Shown: piece after piece, positions 39,486 to 53,327 of the stretch
Numbering within the stretch: position 1 is the first letter of the stretch
Layout: every line of letters starts with the position of its first letter
Assembly: GCA_001938485.1 (NCBI GenBank)
Contig: MQRK01249555.1
Span: forward strand, 1 to 64,000
Length of the DNA: 64,000 nucleotides
Direction of reading: 5' to 3'
DNA from: Girardia tigrina
Taxonomy: Eukaryota
Position numbers and translations under genes: made by a program
The notes under the pieces: model-generated
What the model saw: the letters and a program-made list of their open reading frames with translations, nothing else
Told to the model about the DNA's origin: nothing
Databases searched by the model: none

Positions 39486-39547
39486 GGTCTATAGTCATGC
39501 TTAGATTGATTGATAAATATCAATCAATCTAAGCATGACTATAGACC
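39486..39547. repeat. Perfect hairpin/palindrome (30-bp arms, 2-nt spacer)
   Basis: GGTCTATAGTCATGCTTAGATTGATTGATA-AA-TATCAATCAATCTAAGCATGACTATAGACC. Confidence 0.95.
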
Positions 39548-39598
39548 GCTTCAAAATATATTATTGAAATTATTATTTAATTTCTTGCAGGGTATTAG

Positions 39599-40019
39599 AA
39601 TTAATTAATCTTGTAGAGGGATAGATCGATCGATAATTCATAATTGTACATATTACATTAGACAATTTGTATGACAATATAGATAATTAAATCCTTGATT
39701 CACAAAAGTGTCGCTGTAATTATCGTAAAAATGTTTCTTGAAAAATACGTCACCAGTAAATTAATTTTCTTGGTGATTGTAGAGAATAGAACACTTTATC
39801 GTACTTTAAAAGTAATAAGGAAGTATGGTGTGGCCAACATGGACATTCCAATCTTCCTGCTCCTGTCGATTATACCCAAATTGATGAAAAGTATTCAGTT
39901 CAGAAAACTTTCTGTTTCTGTAAATAAGTCGAGATCGAAAAAATAATCTTCACTCAATTAATTAATCTTGTAGAGGGATAGATCGATCGATAATTCATAA
40001 TTGTACATATTACATTAGA
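39599..40019. repeat. Identical 64-bp direct repeats (39599-39662, 39956-40019)
   Basis: AATTAATTAATCTTGTAGAGGGATAGATCG...TACATTAGA occurs twice, 293 bp apart. Confidence 0.9.
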
Positions 40020-40278
40020 TAATACTGTATTTCCCGTTTATTTAGAGAACAATCCAATTAATTACAAGAATTTATATTAATTGAATCCACTTCACAAAAT
40101 TCTAGTCAATCACATATAGGAATAATCAAAATAATTTCATTTTATTAAAGAATGTACATCCATTATTAAAAATTAATATAGAAGCATACATACTACATGT
40201 ACACACATACTTACTGCATGAAAACATAACTTTACACCTTAACAAATTAACAAATCATGTGAGACTTCGTTTTGCAAT

Positions 40279-41795
40279 TAGGGAGCAACACATCGTATCG
40301 TACATCGTTTAATATGGTCAATGCATCGAAAAACCTTCATCGTTAAACGATGCATCGAAAGACTGCATACCTTTGTTATCTAACAATATAATTATATAAC
40401 AACAATATAATTACTATGCAACAATGCAAAGTGCTGCATCGATATGTAAGTTGTGGAGAGATTTAATTGATAAGGTGATAGGACTGGTTAGCTTCTTTAA
40501 TCATTCTCAGAAGTCAAAGGATTCACTTATTGCCGAAGTATCGAAAAATCCAGATATCACAATTACCAAAATAGTTCAAAGTTGCTCAACCAGATGGAAC
40601 AGTGACCTTTATCAAGTACAATCTATCAATGAGCTACTGCCGGCCATCAAATTTGTTGCAGAAAAAGATGTTTCGCAAAATCTAGTCAACAAACTACCAG
40701 ATGAAGAGGAGATCGAACAATTGAGGACAATGATTGAACTGTTGAAAACATTTGAAGAACTCTCCCACCTTGCAAGGGCAGAGAACGAGGTCTCTATAGT
40801 CCATGTCATTCCGAAGCTCTTTGATCTGGAAGACAAATTGCAGTCAATATCACATGATTCACCCAATCCCATGATGAAAGAAGTCGTTGATCATTACTTG
40901 TTGGAAATGAATGACAGATTTCCCGAATGTGGAGCTCAAGTTTTAGAATACGCATATGCCAACATGTTGGATCCACGTTACAAAGGATCAACATTACATG
41001 GCATTGGGCAAAGGTATCACATGACAAAAGTATCCCTGCAGGAAGCTGTGTTCAACATGTGCAAGGCCGAATTTAAGAACACCCCCTCACCTCACAAATC
41101 ACAATCCTCCATTGTTGATATACAACAAGACACTAACACACACAGCTACTAAAAAGCACAACAACTGTGTACATAAGAAGGTCTTCCATCAGTTTGAAGG
41201 TTCAAACTTTTGGAAAACTGGTAGATAACCTGGAAGGAGTGACCTCCTTGATGGCGGAAATCAAGGAGGAATTAGAAAACTATTTAACAACAACACCGAT
41301 TGCCGATAATAGTGACATACTTCGTTACTGGAAAAATCAAGCACTTAATTATCCGAAACTTGCTTGCTTCGCAAGGAGACTATTGGTGATTCCAGCAGCT
41401 TCCTCCAGCTCTGAACGAGTGTTTTCCACAGCTGGAAATATATGTGGTGAGAGAAGAACAAATTTGTCAGCATCCAAAGTTGAAAAACTTGTTTATATAA
41501 TAGAGAATTGAAGATAGATGAAGAAAATGAATAATATGCCTTTTATAGTTTTATTCTTTTTTGTAAATTTTCTTTGCCATTATTGTAGCACAATAGCAAA
41601 TATCAATGACGAAATAAAAATTTAGATTTGAATTTAGCTGCTTTATATTTAAATGTTATTTTTCGATGCCTTGTTTAACGATGCAGGCTTTAAACAAGGC
41701 AACTTTTAACAATGAAAGTTTTTCGATGCATCGTTTAACGATGAAGGTTTTTCTATGCATCGACTCATCGTTAAACGAAACATCGTCGCTCCCTA
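40279..41795 (+). mobile_element. Internally deleted hAT transposon
   Basis: TIRs TAGGGAGC(A/G)AC; 8-bp TSD TTTGCAAT/GTTGCAAT; CATCG subterminal repeats. ORFs contain TRWNS, LDPRYK and the dimerisation domain (YWK...YPKL...PAASSSSERVFS). Confidence 0.93.
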
Positions 41796-42499
41796 GTTGC
41801 AATGTTTAAAAGAAATTTCATTTAATAAAAGAAGAATTAAGTTTCATTTAATTTTTCAAAAAAAAAACGTCAAAAAATATCAAAACATCACGAATTTATT
41901 AAAAATCTCTAAATTTACAAAAAAATTCAAAAATCTCACAACAAAACTATAAAAAATGAATTTATTTATTAAAAGAATAATTAGTTTTATATAAAAAAGC
42001 TCCAAAACATTATTCGAAATAACGACGAAAGACGATTTTTTTTCAGATGTAATCGAGTTTGGAAACTAAAGAATCATTTTCATTTCATACGAAATAACGT
42101 GGAAATTATTAGTCATTTTTATATTTGAAATGATCTTAAAATATCTTCCAATATCGAGACACGGTTTCTCGTGAAGAAGATTGATTGTTAAATCAAACCA
42201 GTCTTGAAAAACATGGGTTTTCAATATGCTCCGTAGGATTAAATTACGTTATCAGAGTCCAACGTCGTATCACATTTTAATAGGTAGTTTTATATTATTT
42301 GAATGACAATTTGCTGTATAGTTTTTGTTTTTTCATTATTCTTTCCTTTATTTCACGATTGTCGATTGCTTTAAAAACAGTTTATTTTCTCGAAATTCTG
42401 CTGACAACATTATCGTTTTTATAAAATTTCATTAAAAATAATCAAGAATTAAGTCATTGATTAAAAGATTTCTTTTAATCAATGACATTATTCTTTTAA

Positions 42500-42725
42500 C
42501 CCTTTCCAACCCAAATTATTATTTTTGAAAAAAAAAATTTATTGTTGTTTTGTTTGCTAAGAAACAAGTGAGAATCGCGCTTTTTTGCATTCTAATATAT
42601 GTAGTGCCATCTATTAGACTTTTTAGAAACTATTACTATGTGTAAAATTTAAATTGGGTAAAAGAGATAACTGTAATTTAATTTTTCAAATATGTTGCCA
42701 TATGGCAACAATGGGCTGGAAAGGG
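42500..42725. mobile_element. piggyBac-type MITE
   Basis: TTAA|CCCTTTCCAACCCA...TGGGCTGGAAAGGG|TTAA. Confidence 0.85.
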
Positions 42726-43839
42726 TTAATTAATGAGACAGACAGTATTGTATGAGGGGTTAATTTAAATTTTTATCTCGCCTGAATAGTTTATTATTTT
42801 TTAATTGAAAGGGTAAAATATTTTTATGTTAATTTGCTTATTAAATATTTTAAAAAATTAAAAATTATATAATAAAAGAAAATCATAAAAAATAAAATAT
42901 TTATTTAAAAATAAAAAATATCTTNNNNNNNNNNNNNNNNNNNNNNNNNNNNNNNNNNNNNNNNNNNNNNNNNNNNNNNNNNNNNNNNNNNNNNNNNNNN
43001 NNNNNNNNNNNNNNNNNNNNNNNNNNNNNNNNNNNNNNNNNNNNNNNNNNNNNNNNNNNNNNNNNNNNNNNNNNNNNNNNNNNNNNNNNNNNNNNNNNNN
43101 NNNNNNNNNNNNNNNNNNNNNNNNNNNNNNNNNNNNNNNNNNNNNNNNNNNNNNNNNNNNNNNNNNNNNNNNNNNNNNNNNNNNNNNNNNNNNTAATTAA
43201 ATTAAATTAACAGGAAAATTTGTTTTAGAAATGTGAATTGTTATAGTAATAAATTTTGGTGTTTTAAAAAAAAATGAATTCTGATATAGACGTTGCAACC
43301 ACTTCTCACAATATCTATCAATTATTGCATTGATATTTTTTTATATTTATATGATTTTAATTTCTAAACTTCCGTAAAAATTTCCATGGAAGTTTGCAAA
43401 TTGAAATATAACTAATTATAGTTATTCGCAATAAATAAATACAGTATTTATTAAAAAAAACATGTAACATTATATTTATTTCTAATTGAACAAAGAAAAT
43501 ATATGTAAACGATATAAATATTAATAAATCATGAATTATGGCTCTCAAATAATGAAATTAAATCTCAAATTACTCAATGAAGTCAAATAATTGCTATTTA
43601 TAATGCGAAATTACACTTTTTGAAAAGAAATTAAAGCAAATACTAAATACAAATATATTATTATAACGATTTAATCTCTTCATTATATTTTACCAAAACA
43701 ATTAGATTTTCAGGAATTTATTTTTGTGGTTTGTAAGTATAGTTTTATATGGTCGACTTTTTGTATGGCCTCTTCCACAGTTCGAAATTTGTTTTTAGTA
43801 CAAAATGACTAAAATTAATTCCAGTATCAAGTATAATTA

Positions 43840-44720
43840 CAAAAGTGGTCACATTTATCAATTAAATTAATAAAATTAAAATTATAAACAACGGTAGATC
43901 AACTGATGTCTGGACAGTGCTTAATCATCATTGTGTAGACATTGTACGCGTCTTATTTAATTAAAAAATGTATAACTTGTACATTTTCATATGCAATATT
44001 CCTTATTTTTATTTATTCTCTTATCTTGGAAATGATTGCGATTTCAAACAAAAGAGTGTAAATATCATTCTACTTGCAGAGGACGGTTACTTCTAGTGAC
44101 AGATTAGTAATCGATTAAGTATAGTAAATAATTTTTTAAAAAATTGACTTAAAATACATCCAGAAGGACAACTGATTCTTGGAAACGTCCATGATGTCCT
44201 CCCAAAACATATACTTAAACTGACAACATGATACACTAATTTATGGTTACAAATTCAACAGCTTTAGGTTTATTTGTACAATCGCAACTGTCTCCAGAAA
44301 CTAATAGTAGTTCTTCTCTTATTCACTTTTCACCACATCAAAGAAAAGTCCTAATAATTTTGTTACCACATGTATCTTCATTGGACTGCAGCTCAACGTG
44401 ATAGTGATGTTCACCGACGAGACGTTAATTCGCTAGTTGTTCTCATATAATTAACAAGTCCAAAAACCACCAATTCAACAATATTGAAGCTTTAGTTAGT
44501 TCGGAGAGTGATCACAAAACCAGAGACAATTTCCGTTAGCAAAACTGTAAATGCACTACGCTACCTCTAAATTATTCATAAGATTCCCTTATGGATGAAA
44601 TTGGATATGTGGATATTTTACCAGCATAATAGTGCATCATGTTATCAAGCACAATGCACCAAGCAATTTTCAGAGTTTTGTCATCTTGACCTGATTGAAA
44701 ATTGTTGTAAAACGGTCAAT
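43840..44720 (+). mobile_element. Very degenerate Tc1 (DD34E) remnant
   Basis: VMFTDE near 44404, QHNSASCY (similar to QDNAPCH) near 44623, LDLIEN (similar to LNPIEN) near 44685. Boundaries approximate. Confidence 0.5.
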
Positions 44721-46631
44721 AGTAAGATATAAAAACTCACTAACTCCCCATAAACACTATTTTTACCAAAGGTGTCAAAAGAAACCTTTTCTTCGAAATA
44801 GGTGGTAGAAATTAAAACATTTAAAAAAAACTGACTAAAACATTTTAAATATTAGATAAAATATTTTTATAAAAGTAAGTAAACATTGCTAAATAATTTT
44901 AAACTATAAAATAAAATAAACTTCATATTAAAAATAATTTAGTAATTTAGTTTTTCAGAGCAGAATAAGACGTTAAAAGAAACTGAGAGCGTTGTGTTAG
45001 ATAAAATTTATAAGAAATATTTCTTTGATTCTCTTAACAGAGTCAAATTTTATTTTAAAAATTCTACTTATAAATGTCTTAAAGAAACATGAAACAAATA
45101 ATATCAACTTTAAAAAAATCAATTCCTACTTTGTGTTCAACTATTAGTATTACTTTACATAATAATAATTTTTCTAGTTAATTAGAAATTATTAGTAATT
45201 AATTAACTAATTTCTAATAATACTTTATTAACAATTAATTTAATAAACTAATTGAATAATCACTACGATTTTTTTATTTAACATCTCACGGGATTTGAGT
45301 TAATATGTAAAATTTCAGAGCGATCAAGTAATGAAAATTGGTTCAATTTAAGCAATGTATTTTTGCTTCATGGCTTTATACAGAGAGAATTTTTAAACTA
45401 ATAGTAGGACTGGAAAAATAGAGTTTATGAACCAATGGTAAATTAGTTTAAAAAGTTCAAAGGAGAACTTTTATGAAAAAAAAATAAAAATTGTAAAATA
45501 ATTTATTTACTAGATAATTTAAATCTTAAAATAATTTTTGATTTTGACGGGATAATATTAGAATAATGGGAAGAAATAATAAATTAATGTCCAAACTTTT
45601 TATAATTGATTTCAACTCTTTTATATAAAAAAATATGAGACAAAGATTATCTTCTCTACACTCAAATGTGAAACAGAAGTAAAATTTAAAGCGTATGCAG
45701 AAAGAATACAACGATTGGAACTAACGAATAATAATAGGAATTTTAATATAAATTTACAAAAAATAAGAATTAAAGAATTATCTCTAAAGACTTGTAATGA
45801 TAACTTTATCTCAACAATGGATCATCAGAATTAAAGTTAAATATGAATCAAATATTAATTTAAATTAATAATGATTCATTTATTCACAACAAGAGACGTA
45901 TAAATATTTTTCCAAACTGTAATTAAAAAAGAATTAAATGAAAATATTTCTGTATCCATATTGATTATACGTTTACTAAAAATTAAAAGCTATTTAACTT
46001 TAGGGTACAATTATAGTTAACGTTGGTTCAACACACATATACAGAACCTGGTACAACAAAAGTAACTGAACCGTAACATCAATACATCTGTTATGAGATG
46101 TGACAAGTATTGCCATTGCAGAGTGAACCGTGTCCATTGCATTTCAATGGCGGTGCATACTGGTGACAAAATTTTCTCATTATCTCAATGCCTAGAACAA
46201 AATTAAGAAAACATATTAATTGATATAATCAACGCTATCAAAATGCACTTAAAACCATTGTTATTAGAAGGAAATATGATTTTTATTGGGATTTCATACA
46301 TTTGATAGATTTATTTATTCTCTTTTGACTAAAATTCTCATTTAAAGTGAAAATTAATTCTTTTTAGAATTTAAGTTTTCATTTCTTCTATTAAAGATTT
46401 CATTGACAGAAAATGATTGAAAATTTGACAAAAGTCATTCCAAATTAATAAAACATTTTCGCAAACCCATTCTGTCTATTATTACTTTATATTTATAATA
46501 TTTTCCCTAGCAAATTAAAGAAATAATGGCAAATTATTATTAAATAATTCTGAACACCATTTTTTAAAAATTAATTTTGATCGATTAATCACCATCTTTA
46601 GTCAAAATTAACATTAATTTTACAGCTTATA

Positions 46632-47639
46632 TTAGGTTGGTCGAAAAATAATGGCGGTTTAGGCACACAAACTTCAAAGACGTGCAAATTCACAGAAACA
46701 AAAGTTTATTAATCAAAGTATGAACCGTTGGTATCAATACATTTTTGCCAACGAGAAACAAGTTGTTTTATTCCATCAGCATAAAATGCAACGGTTCTCG
46801 AAGCGACGAATTCTTGGAAGGCATTTTGAGCATCATTTTAGTTTTTGAAAATTTTTTCACGTAGGAAGTTGTACAAATGCCTGAAAAAGTAGAAGTCCGT
46901 TGGCGAGAGGNNNNNNNNNNNNNNNNNNNNNNNNNNNNNNNNNNNNNNNNNNNNNNNNNNNNNNNNNNNNNNNNNNNNNNNNNNNNNNNNNNNNNNNNNN
47001 NNNNNNNNNNNNNNNNNNNNNNNNNNNNNNNNNNNNNNNNNNNNNNNNNNNNNNNNNNNNNNNNNNNNNNTCAATTTCATGACAGTACCTCTCCGCTGTG
47101 ATTGTTTCACCTGGATTCAAGAAACTATAGTGGATGATTCCAGCATCACACCACCAAACTGTCACTATAACCTTACGGGGTGTTAGTTTTGGTTTTGGAA
47201 AGTGTTTCGGTACTTCATTTTTGTCCAACCACTGTTCAGATCGACGTCGATTATCATACAGAATCCATTTCTCATCACAGGTAACAATACGATCAAGAAA
47301 TGGATCGCTTTTATTGCGAAGATGATTGGCAGAACAAATTTCATAGCGTCGGTTCTTTTGATTTTCATTCAAATCATGTGGAATCCATTTATCAAGTTTC
47401 TTGATTTTTCCAAGTTGTTTTAAATGACCCAAGACTGTTGAATGACTAATGCCCAACCCATCTGCAAGTTCTCTGATTGTTATACGGGGATCTGTTTCCA
47501 CCATGGCTATATGAATATACAGCTAGGCATAAGATTTCAAATAATATCTAACACTAATACATTTAAACTTATATACATATCAAAGTAGATAAACAAAGTA
47601 TAAAGCTCAAAAACCACCATTATTTTTCGACCAACCTAA
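46632..47639 (-). mobile_element. Mariner (cecropia-like) with N-terminal deletion; contains an N gap
   Basis: TA-flanked TIRs TTAGGTTGGTCGAAAAATAATGG. Contains WIPHDL, TCDEKW, LSPTDFYFF. Confidence 0.93.
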
Positions 47640-48131
47640 TATATAAAGTAACGATTAAATAACCAATAATAAGATGGAAAAATACATATTTTAATGATTG
47701 AAACTTTTTATATGGAAAAGTTGTGAAAATCGAGAATATGCTTAGCCTCCAGAAAATAATTGTCAACATTTAATCATATAATAATCATCAAAATTTAAAT
47801 CATTTTAAATTTAGTTCAAATAAATTGAAGTAACTTGTACGTACATAAATTAAATTATGCAATTTGTTTAATGATACTTGATAGTATTTCTAGCAATCAA
47901 TTACTGAAGAAACAATACCGAAGAAGATAACAGACTTTTACTGTATGCTTGGAAAAATGCACTTCGTCTTTTATCAGTCATCAAGACATTTAAAGAGTTG
48001 TAGCAAGAAAATTTTTTATTAAAAAAGTTGAGGGTGAGACTTGAATATTAATTTCCGAATTAATATGTTTTATTAGTTATTATTACCAGATCTTAGAAGT
48101 CATTGTTTTCGAATAAATTTTAAATCAATTA

Positions 48132-48311
48132 CCGTATTTTCCGGTAGATAACGCGCACCTTTTTATGCATATATAACGCGCATAGCAGCATGGTGGTATA
48201 CCTAAGAGGTATATATCGTTATCACCAGTGCAGGATTCACAGTTCATATTTTGACAAAATTTATCATTTTTTGTATAGATAACGGTGTGCGTTATCTACC
48301 GGAAAATACAG
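48132..48311. mobile_element. pogo-type MITE (180 bp)
   Basis: TA|CCGTATTTTCCGGTAGATAACGC...GCGTTATCTACCGGAAAATACAG|TA. Confidence 0.88.
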
Positions 48312-49219
48312 TATTAAAAAATAACAAAATAATTTTGCTAATCAAAAATTCTTATAAAACTGGTTGATTGAACTCTTTTGATATTGGTGCATTATTGTCA
48401 ATGCTTTCAATAACTTTTAAAATGTTTGTACAAAAATTCGAAGTTATAAATTTAATATTACAATAACAAATTATTCCACGTTCCTCAATATTACTTGTTT
48501 CTCTAAAATTGTACTTTGGAATTCGTATAAAGAGATGACTCAAATGTTTTGGAATCGCATTCACTGCATTTATATTCATAATCAATATCAGAACAGTGTT
48601 AAATGTATAGTTTATTTACAGAACATAATGTAGAATAATTTACTTTATTCCAATGGAAATAAAAACTAATTCTATCTATTTAATTCGATAATATCTCAGA
48701 CGCATTATTTAAAGATGTATATTACACAACACTTATAAATTCTTGTGTTTTTCAAACCACTACAATTTGAACAAATTAATAGAATAAAAATATTTTTGAA
48801 TTCAGTATCATTTTCTTTTACGTTTTCTAATTCCGTATGTGACCAAACTTGAAACTGTTCATCAGCGAAGATTTCTAGATAATTATCAATGGAACCACAT
48901 ATATAAATATGATAATTTATTAACATGAGAATCACATTGAAAAAAAAGAAAAAGTAATACGCAGTTGATTCACAAAGGTTGATAAGCAGAAAATGAATAT
49001 TTTAACTAACAATATAAAAATTTAGAATAAATTTAGAATATTTTTTATGAACCGTATTCTATTAAAATTTAGAATAATTCTATATATTCAAGCTACAATA
49101 CACAATAATAGCAATATAATTTATAGATATATCAAATTGTAGCAAATTATTCGTAGTTTACAATTAATAAAAAACAGGGAGATCGAATCCATGAATTTAC
49201 CTAACTTCATACTAAAGTA

Positions 49220-49686
49220 CCATATTTATCGGACTATAAACCGCGGCTTATATGAAAAAAAAGTATGAAAATTAAAAAAAAATTGGTTAGACTTAACCGC
49301 GTGTGTGACTTGTATAAAAATATAAACATCAATATATAAAAACAAAACCAATAATTTTATTTTAAGATTATTCGATTTCCTCGAATTCATGAAAATCTTT
49401 ATCATCTATTATTTCAAATGTTTCGAACGTCATTTCGAACTTCATTTTTAACATGGATTTTAATTCAAATTATTTTAATAAAACAAAAATAGTTAAAGTC
49501 AAAATTAAAATAATATTAATTTAAATTTAATAATTTCTTCATTCGCATAATTTAAAATAAGTTTTTGATTCAAGTTTTCAAGTCACAAAAATATGCGACT
49601 TATACGCTGTTGAATTTAATTTTCAAAATTTAAAAAAATAGAATGCGACTTATATGCGAGTACAACTTATAGTCCGATAAATGCGG
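49220..49686. mobile_element. pogo-type MITE
   Basis: TA|CCATATTTATCGGACTATAA...TTATAGTCCGATAAATGCGG|TA. Confidence 0.82.
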
Positions 49687-49715
49687 TAACACTCCATATA
49701 CAAATTGCTTACTCC

Positions 49716-50455
49716 TATTAAGAACACTGATATGACTTTTTATATTTTTATTAATATTACAAGTTTGATTGTCATCAAGACAATCTTTGTCAATACTTTC
49801 GTACGATTGCATCTGTCTAATTAATTAATGAATTTAATTTTATTATTTGAGTAAATGGAGATTGTATAAATAGTTAAAATACTTATTCTAAATTTTATTG
49901 GCTAAAAATTAAATAAATAATAATTATCTTAAAAATATCAATTCAATTTTTGATTTAAAAATTGTAAATAAAATTAATCCACTTATTTAAAATTTTACAA
50001 TTATTTTAAATTAGAAATAAATTTAAACATTACTAATTTTCAGATAAAAAGAATTAAAATATTAATCATCCATCTGGGTAGGATAGACACAATTTCAAAT
50101 CTACATACAACATTCAAACACAAAACATCAAACATCTTATCTTATAAAAGCCCAAGTCACTCACTGCCTGCCTGCCTCACTAACGCTCATATTATCTACT
50201 TACAATTGTAAGTAGATATTTATATTAATAATAATTCATATGGAAAATTATNNNNNNNNNNNNNNNNNNNNNNNNNNNNNNNNNNNNNNNNNNNNNNNNN
50301 NTTTGTGAAGACACTTATTTCTAATGATTAAATGTGGAAAACAAATGAATTTTAAAAAAAAAATGTCTTTTGAAAATTTATTTGAAATTTTAACTCTATA
50401 TAATTATATCCGTCATACATAACGGGTTATTTACTAGTTCTAAATATTCCTCACA
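49716..50455 (-). mobile_element. Solo LTR family A (inverted), carrying a Helitron
   Basis: Reverse-complement homolog of 2633-3065. Flanks ACTCC/ACACC give a 4/5 TSD. Confidence 0.78.
50135..50437 (+). mobile_element. Non-autonomous Helitron
   Basis: A|TC...CTAG|T with no TSD, subterminal hairpin CCGT-N8-ACGG. The empty site is visible in the paralogous LTR at about 2651. Confidence 0.85.
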
Positions 50456-51070
50456 ACACCCGAGTGCAAAAGTTAAATAATAACACAGAAAATAAATTTA
50501 AGATATTATTTCATTTTTAATTTATTTACTACTATTTTTTTTAATTATTAATTTTGAATTGATTAGTAATCAAAAAAGTTATTATTATTCAAATTATAAA
50601 ACATCGTATTTCGTCTCATTTCAGTTTCCATCAAAGCCTAATAATGCACTTGAATATAGGAGCATTATTAATAACATTATGAATATAAATGAATGCAAAC
50701 GAGTTTCAACATGTGCTAATGTTTCATTTGTTAAAGACGTGTATGTATGAACACATCAAAGACAATTCCAGGCCCGGATGTATGCCAGTGAGTCTGTGTG
50801 TCTGTATGTTTGCGTAAGTGACAAACAGAAACTTCAATCACACACACAATCAATTTTGTTAAGTCAATTTACTACCAGGCATCACATGAAAAGAATCGTG
50901 CTATAAAATTCATTTGAATATTGAATATATATCAAGTTAAACATTAATTTGTGAAATAGATTATTATTTTTTTCATATTTTTTTATTGACACCGTTTGAC
51001 ATATCACGAAAAACTAAGTAGAAAAGTTGACTACAAATAAAAGCTACTTCTTGAAAAATTAGAAAAGATA

Positions 51071-51072
<2 letters not shown>

Positions 51073-51114
<42 letters not shown>
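51073..51114. repeat. (TA)n microsatellite
   Basis: Direct reading. Confidence 0.9.
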
Positions 51115-51118
<4 letters not shown>

Positions 51119-53327
51119 GAATTTTGGTTTTAATATTCAAAAGATTTGATTGATATTTTGATCACAACTAAAGTTTTCATGAAGTAAATTATTTTTTATA
51201 TTAATAATTTAATTAAAATTTTCTTTATAAATGTTAATAATTGACCAACACAAACTGTCCATCTTATGAAACTAATATTATTCTTTGAGATTGTTATTAC
51301 GTCTTTCACCATATTGTTTTCAAAATTTGTTTAAAATTTGTTTGTTAAATTTATAATTTCGAATTTTTGTACAAACATTTTAAAAGTTATTGAAAGCATT
51401 GACAATTATCTTTCACAAAAATTGGTTTTATCATAATAGTAAAAAGTAAATTTATTAAACTCAATTTTTTCTATTTTAATTATTATTTCGCTAATTTATA
51501 ATATTTAAATAATTTCCAAATCATTTTTTATTAAATTCAAAATTTATTTAACATCGTTAAATTATTTTCAAATATAATATTTCTTTTTATAAAATGTTTA
51601 TACTATTTTACTTTTAATATGGAAATTTTTCTGCAGTAATAATAGCTGTTTTCTTCATTTCTTTTTTTATTATAACTAAGAAATGTAATTGCCGGAAAAT
51701 ATATTGTAATAGATTTCTTAGATATTCAAAATATACACTGATTATTCCGTGCGTCAACAACTTAAAAAATTCTTTGATTCTGCAGTAAAATTCAGTGATT
51801 TTTCATGTTTCATCATCAGCAATAATATATTTTTTTGCGAAAAGTGTTTGAATTTAAATTTAAATATTTATTAAAACAAATGGTAAAGGGTAAATTTTTA
51901 AAAATTATTTAATTTTAAAAAAAGATAAATATAAAATTTAAAATTCTTATTAAAATAATATCAAAATTTATATATTAAGTAATGTTTTGATTGTTATAGA
52001 TTCATAAATATCGAACAATTATTAATTTCTAAAAATCCTTTAAAATATTTTTTACATTATTTTTTTATATTTCTTTTCTAAGTTAAGTTAAACTTACAAA
52101 TTCAAAATTTGGATCAATTAATGAATGAAATTCATTGAATATGATTTTAAATGTTCTCTAATTTTAAATAGATTAACATTATTTTTAAAATATTTTTTTC
52201 CACAATAAAACTAATTTACAAGTAAGATTAATCGAATAATACTTTGAATTAAAAAAAAATATTAAAAAGGTTTTTATCATTTGATATCTCATCAAAATTT
52301 AAAAGTAAAAATTTAACTTATCTTAAATAATAATTACAAAATTATACAAATAAATTATTTGAAATTTTTAATAATATTGTATATCATAAATTAACAATAA
52401 ATTAGAAAATTATATCTTAAAAAATATTCTTTATCGAATAATTAATCCAAAATCCTAACTACTACATCTCTAATTAGTAACATTGTTCATTTGATACCTA
52501 ATGCATTAGTCAAACACAAAATAAGATAACCTCATGGGTACATCACTAAGCGAGTCAGTCTCGTCATGCAATTCTGGTTAAAGTGCAGTATGACGAGTCT
52601 GAAATCCTAACCTAAAATAACCTTTATTCAAAATAAAGAAATTTATGGTTATATTCTAAAACAGTGTTATGCCAAAACAAAATTTTAATTTTAGATATTA
52701 AAATCGATTTTTACTTTTATAATTATTTATAATTAAACTTAAGCAATTAAATCTATCGTTTTATTTGTTGAAAAAAAAGTTTTGGTATTTAAATATTTAG
52801 TATATAAATAATGTAGTAAATATATTTTTTACGTAATGATATTAATAAAATTTTAATTTTATTAAAAATTGATTTTAATAATATAATGCAATTTTCTACA
52901 ATTTTTTGATAATATTTTTTAATCATTTTATAATTATTTAAAAAACACATTTTAAAGTTTACATTATTATTTCATTAATCTTTGTATTTTATAGTATAAA
53001 ATAATACAATTAATTCTTTGAAAAATATTTAAATCAAACACAACTATTTTGTCACCTATTATTTAATATTAAAGATAAATACGAATTAAATATTAGTATT
53101 TTTGTTTCAAAATAATGTTTACATTTACAATTTAGAAAAATTTTCTTGATGACTTTTTATTTATAATTGTAATTTTCCTTTTTTCACCCATAATTTCTTC
53201 TCGTCGATGATGAGTCAAAAAATGTTCTTATTTATTCTAAGTTGATCAGAGTTTGAAAATCGAAAATCTCGACTCGCTGTACTTAACTGAACTTTCATTT
53301 ATTACTCAATGCTTTATAAGAGATTGA

